DNA from: Octopus bimaculoides
Taxonomy: Eukaryota
Direction: 5' to 3'
DNA length: 49,667 bases
Assembly: GCF_001194135.2 (NCBI RefSeq)
Contig: NC_068986.1
Coordinates: forward strand, 14,955,578-15,005,244
In this document: piece by piece, positions 1 through 12,165 of the stretch
Layout: the number at the start of each line of letters is the position of its first letter
Numbering within the stretch: the stretch's first letter is position 1
Program-made: the position numbers and the translations under genes
Notes under the pieces: generated by a model
The model's database searches: none
What the model saw: the letters and a program-made list of their open reading frames with translations, nothing else
What the model was told of the DNA's origin: nothing

Positions 1-129
1 ATATATATATATATATATATATAAACACGTCTTTTACGTTTCCCGTGTATTTATAATATATATAAATGTATATATATTCCTGTCTTCATTTCATAATTAC
101 AGCTATTTGTGCTTTTGAGAATTTGTTTA

Positions 130-313
130 TTATTATTAGCTTTATTAGATTTATTATTAGCATTGTTGTTGGTGTTGTAATTATTATTAATATCATGACC
201 ATGATCATCACCATCATCATCCTCATTTCTATATTTATGACTATTATTATTGTTATTATTAGTTATCTTCCTCCTGCTTTTCCTTCTCTCCTTCATCCTC
301 TTCCTCCTTCTCC

Positions 314-366
<53 letters not shown>

Positions 367-432
367 ATTGTGGTTGGTGCGCTTGATGATGTTGTTATTA
401 TTGTTATTATTAATATTGTCATTACTATCATC

Positions 433-509
<77 letters not shown>

Positions 510-540
510 CATTATTATTATTATCATTATTATCAACATT
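130..540. repeat. (ATT)n microsatellite with degenerate flank
   Basis: Direct reading. Confidence 0.95.
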
Positions 541-934
541 AACTCCACGCTACTTTGTTCACTTGCAAAAATGGCTGTAAAAGCATTCTGGATGGAAGTA
601 TTTAAAGCGTCCATAAATAATTATTTTTGCTAAATGTTGAAATAAAAATATAAATGAATTGATTTTTATGCAGAATAAAAGTGTATAAATATAGTTTGAT
701 ATGATATTTAAACAGCCATAAAATATCAAATATATGAATTTTTCAATATTATAGATTATTACAAATATTATGATAGATGCATAAATACCGTTAGATCTAA
801 ATTTACGTGTACATGTGTATTATTTTAAATAGTCTAAATCTCCAATCTCTACACAAACCTCTGCGTTTCTATATTTCTATATTTTTTGGCAACAAATTTT
901 TATAGAAATTTAAGAAAAGAGTAGTGTGTGCGTG

Positions 935-971
<37 letters not shown>

Positions 972-1133
972 TACTAGGTGTATGGCTGTGTGTATGTTTT
1001 TGAAGAGACGATGCCTGTGAAAATGATTCTAGAAATAGTATATATTCCCAAGCATCTATTTGCTTTGATATTTGCGTTCCCCGGTCTCATTTTCTCTCCC
1101 TCACTCGTTCTATATATATATATATACATATGT

Positions 1134-1184
<51 letters not shown>

Positions 1185-1256
1185 TAGATATATAGATTGA
1201 TAGACAGATAAATAGACAGATAGATATATCCAAATATAAATTCATATTTATATACT

Positions 1257-1292
<36 letters not shown>

Positions 1293-1515
1293 GATGTATT
1301 TCTCTAAATGTAAACATATGTATGAGTGTTCATCTATATATGTACCTTTGAATAATTCATAACAAATATAGACAGACTTAATTGATTTTCAAACCCTACT
1401 GGGGTTGCCTTAGTGCTGCCTACATTAATTTGAACACTGTATATTTACATACGGACACGCACGCGTGCATACAAACGCACACACACACACACAGAAACAC
1501 ACAGGTACATTTATG

Positions 1516-1522
<7 letters not shown>

Positions 1523-1588
<66 letters not shown>
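1523..1588. repeat. (GT)n microsatellite
   Basis: Direct reading. Confidence 0.95.
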
Positions 1589-1590
<2 letters not shown>

Positions 1591-1710
1591 TGTGTGGAAA
1601 TAATGCTGCCCACCGGTAGAAATATTTCTCTAAACTTCCTATCCTTATTATTTTCACAGTACAAGATTCGTAATTTCGAATCCCTTTGGTACACAGTTTA
1701 TTTATATATC

Positions 1711-1891
<181 letters not shown>

Positions 1892-1899
1892 AGCAATCT

Positions 1900-2160
1900 A
1901 AAAAACACAATGAAAAACATCTCACTAATTAGGTCCATGGAAGAAACCTTACAAAAAAGGAAACCGATTTCCTGACAAATTTTAAATGTAAACCCAGTCT
2001 ATTCTATGGTCGTACCAAAATTCACAAAAGCCCAACCATTAACGAGGCCATCAAAACCCCACCACAAACGTATATACATACACCAAAAATAGGAGCACTA
2101 AAATTACGACCCATCATAGTTAGCTCATCCTGTGAACCTCATCGATGGGCAAAAGTTTAG
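1900..2160 (+). pseudogene. Penelope-like element reverse transcriptase fragment
   Basis: Manual translation HGRNLTKKETDFLTNFKCKPSLFYGRTKIHKS...KLRPIIVSSSCEPHRW matches the PLE RT motif FYGLPKIHK...LRPI. Frameshifted at the 5' end, with a stop at 2158-2160. Confidence 0.8.
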
Positions 2161-2411
2161 TCATTAGCCAGTGATAGTCTCACAATAAGGACAGGTAACC
2201 ACCTAGAAACCCGGGTCTGTGAGTATCACGGAAGACTAGAGAAGGGAGCGATAGCCAGCTGGAAAAGAGGTTTTCCTGGGGCTATAACAACAGTAACATC
2301 GTCCTTTATAGGACTGCCACATTCTGTTGCCATATAAACGTTACTCTTTGGTTCTGTAACTGTATTCTCACTCAAAGATTTAAAACAAATTGTTTTCTCA
2401 CTCTCTCTCCT

Positions 2412-2412
<1 letters not shown>

Positions 2413-2472
<60 letters not shown>
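2413..2472. repeat. (CTGT)n microsatellite
   Basis: Direct reading. Confidence 0.95.
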
Positions 2473-2476
<4 letters not shown>

Positions 2477-2636
2477 GTGTATATATNNNNNNNNNNNNNN
2501 NNNNNNNNNNNNNNNNNNNNNNNNNNNNNNNNNNNNNNNNNNNNNNNNNNNNNNNNNNNNNNNNNNNNNNNNNNNNNNNNNNNNNNTAATATAATATATA
2601 TAGATATATATATGTATGTATACATACATGCACGTG

Positions 2637-2667
<31 letters not shown>

Positions 2668-2757
2668 GGGAGAATATACAAATAATAACAACAGACGAGG
2701 ACAGGTGGTGTAAATAACAAAAGTATATATTAGTATGACGCTCGGGAATACGGAAAG

Positions 2758-2794
2758 TCTTTGACGTTTCGAGCTACGCTCTTCAACAGAAAGA
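2758..2794 (-). ncRNA. Minimal type I hammerhead ribozyme-like motif with variant core CUGUUGA
   Basis: Minus strand reads UCUUU-CUGUUGA-A-GAGC(GUA)GCUC-GAAAC-GUC-AAAGA. Stem I is UCUUU/AAAGA, stem II is 4 bp, stem III is the palindrome ACGU, and the triplet is GUC. Core position 6 is U instead of A. Confidence 0.6.
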
Positions 2795-3460
2795 ATACGG
2801 AGACAAGGAGAAAAACACGGTCAATCATAATGGCCGATATCTTATAACTGGACACAAATGTAATGAATTCTGTTATGTCTCTTTGTGGATATTTTGTTGT
2901 CTTTTCTTCTTTGTTTACTTGTTCTTTTTCCTAATTTATGCTTTCATGGCCTGTTTCATGTAACTCTACTTCACATCCGTTTCTTGTGTCCATTAAATCC
3001 TTCCAGGACATTACGCACCAAAACGTGCATCCTCTCGAAACGGTAAAAGTGAGAAAGACATTTTTATCTACACTTGCTGCTTAATTATTAGTTGTCCTTA
3101 AGAAATATATGGCATGAATAATTTTAGTAGAGATTTCTTTGGGTAGTGAATATCTAACGATGTCGCATCATACACAGTCGTATTTCAAAGAAGGATATAA
3201 CAGTTATGAAATACGTTAAACATAGCAGAATTATTTCCATACAACGGGTACTAGCTAGACCTAACCACATACATTTGAGTAAAAAAATTCTTCTTGCCAG
3301 TCTTGATAAGAAGGTCCGAAAAATATGACTGAAACTCTTCATTATGCATTGCTAAAAAGTAAAATATAACTTGCGACTACTATGGCCGAATCCTGTTTAA
3401 CTATTCTAAGTAAAACGCACAAATAATTGGTTTATTAATATTATTATTATTATTATTATT

Positions 3461-3719
3461 GTTCAGTAGTTTTATTTTTATAACGTGCTTTCACTTCACT
3501 ACCGAGCGCAGCTCTGTGCGCCTTGGGTATGTGCTGTGGTTTGCTGTGGTGCTCTTATGGTTACTGTATTGAAAGTGTTTTGCGTAGGATGTGTGCAGTA
3601 CCCAGTAGTGCAATTTTCTGTATGCTATATATATTTGTAAGTCCTGGTATTTTTGTTATGTATTTGTCTGAATATTTTTTTATTATACCTAAGGCACCTA
3701 CTATGATAGGAATTGCTTC

Positions 3720-3720
<1 letters not shown>
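3461..3720 (-). mobile_element. R4/Dong-type non-LTR retrotransposon 3' end (RLE C-terminus + 3' UTR), 5'-truncated
   Basis: Minus translation EAIPIIVGALGIIKKYSDKYITKIPGLTNIYSIQKIALLGTAHILRKTLSIQ* is the typical end of RLE-type LINE ORFs. (ATT)n flanks both sides. Confidence 0.8.
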
Positions 3721-3721
<1 letters not shown>

Positions 3722-3754
<33 letters not shown>

Positions 3755-3758
3755 GTAT

Positions 3759-3820
<62 letters not shown>
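3722..3820. repeat. Compound (ATT)n(AGT)n microsatellite
   Basis: Direct reading. Confidence 0.95.
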
Positions 3821-3821
<1 letters not shown>

Positions 3822-3960
3822 ACGTAGTATCGTTATTATCTCTTTATCATCATAATCATCCCATTACTAAAATGAACATCAACAGTAGCAGCAGGGGCAG
3901 ACGCAGGTGCAGCAATAGAAAACAAAATTTAGTAACAGGAGTGAAAAGGGTTTGTGTTAG

Positions 3961-4005
3961 GAAACAATGGATTGATAAAATGGAAGATCGTTGATAATGA
4001 TGATG

Positions 4006-4046
<41 letters not shown>

Positions 4047-4165
4047 GAGAGAGACAGAGAGAGACATAAATATATGCGATACTAGAGAACGGATGAATGT
4101 GATGGAAGGGTTTAATTCTATTGTCTATAATATCGATTTCAAAACTTTCTATAGAAATAGATCAG
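3961..4165. repeat. Dispersed repeat with central (GA)n, copy 1
   Basis: Shares GGATTGATAAAAT, AAGGGTTTAATT and ATTGTCTATAATAT flanks with 5130-5405. Confidence 0.7.
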
Positions 4166-4289
4166 CAATGAAATGTTGATGGTAAAAAATAATCAATGGC
4201 GTCATCTGTACTACTACTACTGCTAGTAGTAGTAGTAGTAGTAGTAGTAGTAACTCCAACACTAGTCATAATCCTTTCTAATAATTGCG

Positions 4290-4423
4290 CAAGGCCTAAA
4301 ATTTCTCTGGTACTTAATTTATTGACTCCCGAAAGGACGAAAGTATTGGAACACAACATAAAACCCCGAAAGAAATGCCGCAGTTCAATTACCCGAGGAC
4401 CGAACGACTTTGCCAGCTCACTG
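4290..4423 (+). mobile_element. SINE body/tail module (CCCGAAAGGA..AAAG..GCCAGCTC type), degenerate
   Basis: Similar by eye to copies at 4655-4830, 20005-20170, 27418-27590 and 46015-46210. Confidence 0.55.
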
Positions 4424-4654
4424 TACAAATGATTTCCAATCTTGGCACAATGCTATCAGTTGTAGGGAGGAGTGCAAGTCGGTTACATGGATCCCCGCAC
4501 TCAACTGTTACTTATTTCACCATCCCAGTAAAGCGCCGGAAGACATAGTAAAAGAATATTTTTGTCCAACGCCCTATTGTTTTTACCTGTACACAACATT
4601 AACAATATCCAGTTTCTTTTTTTATACATGACCAGTAATTTTAAAGAAGAAGAG

Positions 4655-4830
4655 TAAATGCCGATTGAAACAACACCGGTACTTGATTAGTACTTCATTT
4701 TATTCATTGGGGGGGGGATAAAAGACAAAGTTGATCTCAGCGGGATTTCATCTTCACATGTGTAAACCCGCATGAAACTTCAGTAAGCATTTTATATAAG
4801 ATGTTAGGGATTCCGTCAGGTCAATGCCTA
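4655..4830 (+). mobile_element. SINE body/tail module, degenerate
   Basis: Contains GGATAAAAGACAAAGTTGATCTCAGCGGGATTT; recurs elsewhere in the window. Confidence 0.55.
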
Positions 4831-4844
4831 TGATCCTCCGAGGC

Positions 4845-5280
4845 AGGATCATGTACGTATAACACCGGAAGATGTAATTACTGAGGTATCAAAACCGCCA
4901 AACTGGAGAGCAACAGGACCCGAAGGAATCCAAAGCTTCTGTCTCAAGTGGTTTAGGTCAACGCACAAACGAATTGCTTTGCAATTAAACAGTTACCTAC
5001 AGAGTGGTGCCATTCCAGAATGCATTGAAGAGGGAAATACAATAATGTTGATGAAAGATCGATCAAATGCCAATAATGTTAGCAATTACATACCTACTGC
5101 TTGTCTTTAGCGCCGATGGAAGATTTTAACAACGGATTGATAAAATAGATGATTGTAGAAAATTTTGATGATGATGAAGAGAGAGAAACAGAGATAAAGA
5201 GAGAGAGAGAGAGAGAGACAGAGATAGACAGAGAGAGAGAGAAAGAGAGAGAAAAAGAGAGAAAAGGAGATAGAGAAAGT

Positions 5281-5313
<33 letters not shown>

Positions 5314-6716
5314 GGGGGTGGGATAGTATAGAATGGATTGATCTGAAGTAAGGGTTTAATTGTATTGTCTATAATATTGAATTGCTAAACATTCTATGGC
5401 AAAGTATGTACAAAATATTTACGTTCCTTGCGGGAAAAGATCTACTTCTAGTAGCACAAGAGGGATTCCGAGAATGATCGAAGGGCACCAAAGACCACCT
5501 TATGACTGACAAGATCACAATAAAGCCCTGCAGACGGTACCAAAAAAGCTCGTGCACGGTCTGGACAGACTTTCAAAAAGGCTTACGAATTGTTGCCGCA
5601 TTCGTGGATTTTGGAAACAGTCGACATGTGTGGAGTAGCTGAGAAAATGTGTGCACTGACTAAGAACAGCATACCTGGTTGATAAACACGCCTTTTCTGT
5701 AACAACTGGTACGTAGGCGAGTTAACGATCAAGAGAGGTGACTTCCAAGGAGATTATTTTTCACCTGTTCTATTTGTTATAGCATTCATCCCACTTTCTG
5801 TATTTCTATGCTAAGTTAACCCGGGCTACTAGCTGAGGGAAAAGGGGCTTAGTCTCAACGACTTTCTTTTCATGGATGATTTAAAACTGTTCGCAAAAAG
5901 CAGAATCTGGATGAGAGGGGCTGTCTGGTACTGTACATATGTGCAGCAAAGATATATGGATGGAAATAGGGATTCTCAAGGCGTGCGTTGCTCACTTTGA
6001 AATGAGGGAAAAGAGCAAACTGCCAAACCATGAGCGAATGAGCGACCCGTATAATGGTAGGTATAATTTCCTAGAAATCTTGGAGTTGAACAAGACCTTG
6101 TGCAGAGAAATGAAAGACAAGGTCACCACTGCATATTTGAAGCGCCTCAATGCAAAAAACCTGGTTACTGCTCTCAATATATGGACTGTTGGTTGTAATC
6201 CTCTATAGGGCACCCATTACGAAATGGACACGAGCACAGATCCGCCAGTTCGACCGCACTTCTCGAGAAACGATGATTATACATTCTGCTCTCCACCTTA
6301 AGGGGAACGTACACAGTTTGTACATGAAGTCTAAAGGTGGACGTGTCCTGGTTCTCGTGTATCGACAATGAAAAAGGAAACATGACAGAGTATTTGGTAA
6401 ACAGCGAACAAGACTTGCTACAGTATGCTGCTAATGCAGAATTATTTACTAACAATGGAGTTGAGAGTGCTAATGAATTCTGATTACGAATAACGAACGA
6501 GAGAGTAGGAATACTATTCTGCATGGTATTACATGTTCAGTTCTACCGCGAAACTAGCAACATAAAAGACCACGAAGCATGATGGAAGTAGCTCAGCAAA
6601 TGTAACGTTAAACAAGATGACTGAATGCCTGATCATCGATGCCCAGAGCCAGGCACTGAATACCAGGTCAGGGAAAAGGGATATATATCACATGACTGAC
6701 CCCTTGAAATATAGAT
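4845..6716 (+). pseudogene. R4/Dong-type non-LTR retrotransposon RT region, decayed and interrupted at ~5130-5400
   Basis: Motifs across frameshifts: PNWRATGPEGIQSFCLK, GNTIMLMKD..SNYIPTACL, QEGFR..KGTKDHL, AYELLPHSWILE, KRGDFQGDYFSPVLF, FLFMDDLKLFAK, LYMKSKGGRVL, CLIIDAQSQALNT. Confidence 0.9.
5130..5405. repeat. Dispersed repeat with central (GA)n, copy 2, inserted in the R4-type RT
   Basis: Same flanks as 3961-4165. The RT reading stops after WKILT and resumes near 5400. Confidence 0.7.
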
Positions 6717-6820
6717 ACTACTCATTTTTACTAGTTGCATGAACTAGAGCAAAATGAAATAAATTAATGAACTCACGACCATACGATCGCGAACCAAATT
6801 CCCTCGGCACGAAACCATCC
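6717..6820 (-). mobile_element. tRNA-derived SINE fragment (family A), internally deleted
   Basis: Reverse complement resembles the heads at 12021 and 25391 (..CTCACGATCG..GTCGTGAGTTC..). It truncates the R4 RT. Confidence 0.55.
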
Positions 6821-7794
6821 CCCGGTCACATAATACATGCATACATACGTACGTAAGTGCATACATACGGATTATATTTTTGCGTAGAGTTTCATGTACG
6901 ACTGCTACTGATGAGTGTAGAGTTCCACGTTCAAAAATATAATTTCCCAGCTTACATTGTGCGGCCCGTGATCAGTATAATACTGCAATAATGTACTCGC
7001 GTGTTGATCTGTTGTAGTTCAGCATGCAACTGCACGTGTAACTTCCACCGTTTTCGTTCACCAGCTGGGCGATTCCTCCTGTCTGGCTTTCAGGTATTGA
7101 GTATTTTTACAGAGATTTTTCCAACTCCGCAGCTCAAAGTTGCATAAACAAAACATAAATTAAATGCATGATTTCAGTAATATTTGCACTATTAGAGTTG
7201 CTCATAATTCGATATGTATACTGAAATACAACACAGAAACATACGATTAAGATATAAGAAATTCACAATCAATCATAACAAATGTATATTTCCATCGTCA
7301 CCTGCCAAGCGAATAGCATTATAGTTTCAACACCTAAGCAGTACAATTCCTATACAAGGTTGGCCAAAAGTAACTTGACAGTAAATCAAAACCATTTAAT
7401 TTCTAGACTAAAACAAATTATTATTTTATATGAGACTTCGCTAATAAATAGACAAACGTTGAATAAAGAAACAGTGATATTAACTCAAGGCATTCAATTA
7501 TTAAACATACATAATTGGAATGAACAAATAAAATTGAATATTAAGTATTCAAGTATTTATGCAATTTTGATTTACTGTCGGGTGAATTGTGCCCAGCCCT
7601 GTATAAAGATAACACAGAAATTTCAAGTCATTAAAGTTCAACCTCATTTCAGCTAGTACTTAAATGTCAGTTATATATTTGGTAACACCTGCTTGAAAAG
7701 CTAATACTAAAATTCAGATTTTATTTCAGTAAGTGTAATATGTAACCATACAGAAATTTCTTCTTCCAACACTGTTAAACTAAGTTCGTTTGTA

Positions 7795-7975
7795 CAGTTC
7801 TATATTTAAGAGATGAGGAATTATGTACATTATTTATATTATTTACATTTGACGGATACTTGTCCCTATCTTGTTTGTTGTTAACACAACGTTTTGGCTG
7901 ATATACCCTCCGGCCTTCATTTGGTGTTTTGGGGAAATTTAGAACCTGGGTTCACATTCCTAAGGTATTTTTCGA

Positions 7976-8059
<84 letters not shown>

Positions 8060-8097
8060 CATTATCATAATTGTTTTTGTTGCTGTTGTTGTTGTTG

Positions 8098-8133
<36 letters not shown>

Positions 8134-8165
8134 GATCACGACGCCATATGCCCGTGGGCAATTAT
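7795..8165 (-). mobile_element. Decayed copy of the tRNA-head/(TAA)n/hammerhead element
   Basis: 7795-7975 is closely similar to 43479-43650. The hammerhead core is mutated (CAAAUGA, AAAA). It keeps only the head start GCCCACGGGCATATGGCGT at ~8135-8160. Confidence 0.85.
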
Positions 8166-8449
8166 GGAGTGAATTTTAGGGCTTATAAATCTAATAGTTT
8201 CCTATTTGCACAGATAATAATTATAACAACAACAAAATAAGAGACACAGATCCTGAAAATGCTTAGGTAGAAGAAAACTGTTGTTGGTATCTACCGTAAA
8301 AAAAAGCGTTGTAAAGACTATTCGATGGGATTTGTATGCATGACGTTGAGGGATGTTGAGAGGTCGATTAAATAGCGTTAAGCCTATTCTCCGACGCTTA
8401 AAAGATTCTACCCTACCGATTTTTAGTCACTAGAATGCGTGCAGCCATA

Positions 8450-8636
8450 TTGGGACACCGCCTTAAAGGGTTTCCTGTAAAATTTTTGCCCCAGTACTTA
8501 TATTACGTTAAGGGTACACGTGTCTGTGGAGTTTCTCAGCCACTTGCACGTTAATTTCACGAGCAGGCTGTCCGTTGATCGGATCAACTGGAACCCTCGA
8601 CGTCGTAAGCGACGGAGTGCCAACAACATGCACACT
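8450..8636 (+). repeat. Interspersed repeat module (..GCAGGCTGT.CCGTT..AACTGGAACCCTCG..CGTAAG.GA.GGAGTGCCA)
   Basis: A second copy lies at ~26150-26270. Confidence 0.6.
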
Positions 8637-9997
8637 ACATTATAACGTTTTCATTCACTGCAGTCGTTTATAACAGTGTGGCTTCGAAAGAAGACTTCTT
8701 CGAAGGAAGTTAAATGCCGAATTAATATGTTATTTTTACAGGACCGATAGTAATGCTTTCTGATCTGACGGCGTATATTTATGTTTCATTTATATAACAT
8801 GAAGAAACAACCCCTTCCAAGCGGTTGTCTAATTGACGGTGATTGCTCTTCGCACATTTGATTCGCAATTTGTGTAATTACTCTGGTACGTTTAATGTCC
8901 TTTTGTTTACTTGATTCATCCATTTGTATTCACTCACTCAATGACTTAAATTCAGAATTATAGCAAGTACTTAAAACAGCCTTAGAAATTCGGAAGAAGC
9001 CCAAGACCATCACGATTTCGCGTCATTATTGATAAGATTCATCGTTTCAGTGCAGATATGAACATGAATTGTAAAGGAGTAGATAAATAAGACAATAAAC
9101 TTTATCAATTCCCCCCTGATTACGTTCGTAGTACAAGATTTAATGGTTTTACTCGTTGCCAATAACATAGCTGTGCTTTCGGAAAACAACAGGTAGTAGT
9201 AGTAGTAGTAGTAGTAGTAGTANNNNNNNNNNNNNNNNNNNNNNNNNNNNNNNNNNNNNNNNNNNNNNNNNNNNNNNNNNNNNNNNNNNNNNNNNNNNNN
9301 NNNNNNNNNNNNNNNNNNNNNNNNNNNNNNNNNNNNNNNNNNNNNNNNNNNNNNNNNNNNNNNNNNNNNNNNNNNNNNNNNNNNNNNNNNNNNNNNNNNN
9401 NNNNNNNNNNNNNNNNNNNNNNNNNNNNNNNNNNNNNNNNNNNNNNNNNNNNNNNNNNNNNNNNNNNNNNNNNNNNNNNNNNNNNNNNNNNNNNNNNNNN
9501 NNNNNNNNNNNNNNNNNNNNNNNNNNNNNNNNNNNNNNNNNNNNNNNNNNNNNNNNNNNNNNNNNNNNNNNNNNNNNNNNNNNNNNNNNNNNNNNNNNNN
9601 NNNNNNNNNNNNNNNNNNNNNNNNNNNNNNNNNNNNNNNNNNNNNNNNNNNNNNNNNNNNNNNNNNNNNNNNNNNNNNNNNNNNNNNNNNNNNNNNNNNN
9701 NNNNNNNNNNNNNNNNNNNNNNNNNNNNNNNNNNNNNNNNNNNNNNNNNNNNNNNNNNNNNNNNNNNNNNNNNNNNNNNNNNNNNNNNNNNNNNNNNNNN
9801 NNNNNNNNNNNNNNNNNNNNNNNNNNNNNNNNNNNNNNNNNNNNNNNNNNNNNNNNNNNNNNNNNNNNNNNNNNNNNNNNNNNNNNNNNNNNNNNNNNNN
9901 NNNNNNNNNNNNNNNNNNNNNNNNNNNNNNNNNNNNNNNNNNNNNNNNNNNNNNNNNNNNNNNNNNNNNNNATATATACAGAAATATATAAATATGC

Positions 9998-10035
<38 letters not shown>

Positions 10036-10670
10036 TCATAATCTGTCCGCTCGTATATATATATATATATATATTCATAGAGATGCATGTAAATATGCTT
10101 ACAATACTTGCATGTGTGTGTAGATATAGGAGTGTGGCTGTGTGATGTGTGTATGTGTCTAAGTACATATATATATATATATACGCGCATCTGTATATAT
10201 GTGTATATAAACGTATAGACTTACATATGTGTGTGTATATATGTGTGTACATTTGACGAACAAGTATGCTTAACGTTCTAAGTCTGCAAGCCTTTCACGT
10301 ATACGAATGCATATTTACATTAGCATGAATTCATGGCCGTTGAACATATGTAAACGGCGGTGTTGAGCATTCGCTAAAATTTAATCAATATTGAACTTTT
10401 AAATTACAGCTAATCTTATGACGGCATTAACTGAAGCCAATTATTTCGAAATCAGTTGATAACATTTCTCAACATTCGCTAAACGTAGCCGAAAGCTTTT
10501 CCAGCTTTTAACCATCATATACAACATTATTATCATCATCGCGTTATCTTAAAATAGCTGCATTTGAACGGAACGCAACTGAAAACTTGTCTTCTGCAAT
10601 ATCACGAGACATTTAATAGAACATATGTATTCGGTTGTTAGAGAAATTCATTCGTTCTATTATTCTTCAG

Positions 10671-10851
10671 TTATTTTTCAACCCATTTTATCATCGAATG
10701 ACAGTACCAGGCGACGCATCCACGAAGAAATCATCTCATATGCTGGGCCGTATTTTCCCGGGAGAGTTCCTTCACTCGACCCTTGTTCAACTGAGAACGT
10801 CGGCTGGGAAGCAGAGAGCCAGTGAGATTGAATTCCCCTTCCTTCAAGCGA
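10671..10851 (+). other. Candidate internal exon, unverified
   Basis: GC-richer island bounded by TTCTATTATTCTTCAG and GTAAGC, with one frame open throughout. The peptide is not recognised. Confidence 0.2.
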
Positions 10852-11577
10852 GTAAGCACTTTCCATGCAGTGTAATAGGGCTTTCTCCATAGGCAAATGT
10901 CTCTGGTCCTTCTAGTGGCATTGGAAGATTAAGTGAAAGAAGAAAAAAAAAAGCAACAAAACAGCCGTCGATAATGTTTATAATTTTTCTTCTAGATACT
11001 CCATCGTCAAATGTTTGAAAAGAAATAAAACAGATTTGAAGAATAATGAACAAAAGAAGTATAGCGATAATGAATCCATAAAACACACTGATAAATTTTA
11101 ATTCGAATTAATTCAAATAACATTGGAGACAAATGAACGAATTTATACGTAAACTCAATATTTATATTCACATTGGCATTTATAGAATTAGAACCAAATT
11201 GGCAGATCGCAGTATTACCTTGTTGTAAGTTAGATGTATCTCTTAGTGTTTCCTGATCTATAACACCTGGGGGGAATTTTGCATTTTATACATCCACAGT
11301 TGATTGAAATAATTATTCAGTTTCATGCCACAGATTTCAATTTGTCCTCATTTACCAGAACACCGTCATTTGCTGGCATTTGAACTAGGTCCACGGTTTG
11401 AAGGCAAGTCAATAACGCATTGAAATGAGTGTAGATGGAGGGTCCAGCTTTGTCTCAAAGTGTGTAAGCCAGGACCCAACCGCATTTGGATGCGTGTCAC
11501 GGCTAAATATGCTTCCCTAATATTTACGAGTATAATATATGGTTGTTTGTAATATAGGTAAATTAGTTTTAAATATA

Positions 11578-12005
11578 GTTTTGTGCTGGTCTCTCGCTCA
11601 ACTGTGTCCCACACATTATAATCAAGGGGTTTTCAGTCTGGGGAGTTAGGTGACCAGATATTAGGGGTGACGTGGTCTCAGAAATTGATTAATAGTTAAG
11701 ACTGGGTTCTCCTCCTTGTGTGGCATGGTACAGAGTCCTGTTACCAGATATAGGGTCTTCCAGCAGCCACCTTCTTGACATAGGGCAGCACTACCTGCTC
11801 CAGGCACTTGATGTAGGCCACCGTGTTGAGTCTGAGGTCGTGTGGGAAGATGAATGGAGGCATAACGTTGCCAATACAAGCAATAACTCCAAATACCATG
11901 ATGTTGACTGGATGTTGAATTTTTATCATCTTGGTACAAAGTTTTGGTGACATGGCAAACTAACACGGCAAGCTAACAGCTGTCCTGTGTGTTCACCATC
12001 TGTTC
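11578..12005 (-). pseudogene. Tc1/mariner DD37D (maT-like) transposase, 3' half, decayed
   Basis: QMVNTQ...HPVNIMVFGVI..VMPPFIFP..RPYIW*QDSVPCH...NSPD*KPLDYNVW. I count 37 residues between the second and third catalytic D. Several in-frame stops. Confidence 0.9.
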
Positions 12006-12020
12006 ATATTCGATCTTCCA

Positions 12021-12165
12021 GCACGTGGCTTATTGTTTAGGGCATTCGGCTCACGAACGTAGGGTCGTCAGTTCAATTTATGGCGACGCGTTGTATCCTT
12101 GAGAAAAAACACTTTATTTCCTGTTGCTCCAGTGTACGCAACTGGCAAACATGAGTAGTACTTGT
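12021..12165 (+). mobile_element. tRNA-derived SINE (family A)
   Basis: Degenerate A box (GTGGCTTATTG) and B box (GTCAGTTCAATT), followed by a body shared with 25391-25530. Confidence 0.65.

Noticed and set aside
2226-2400. Minus-strand peptide TEPKSNVYMATECGSP.. as a host exon
   Set aside because: Not recognised, runs out of a microsatellite, and the plus strand fits a Penelope remnant better.
6908-6935. CTGATGA followed by a GTG/CAC stem
   Set aside because: No GAAA follows the stem.
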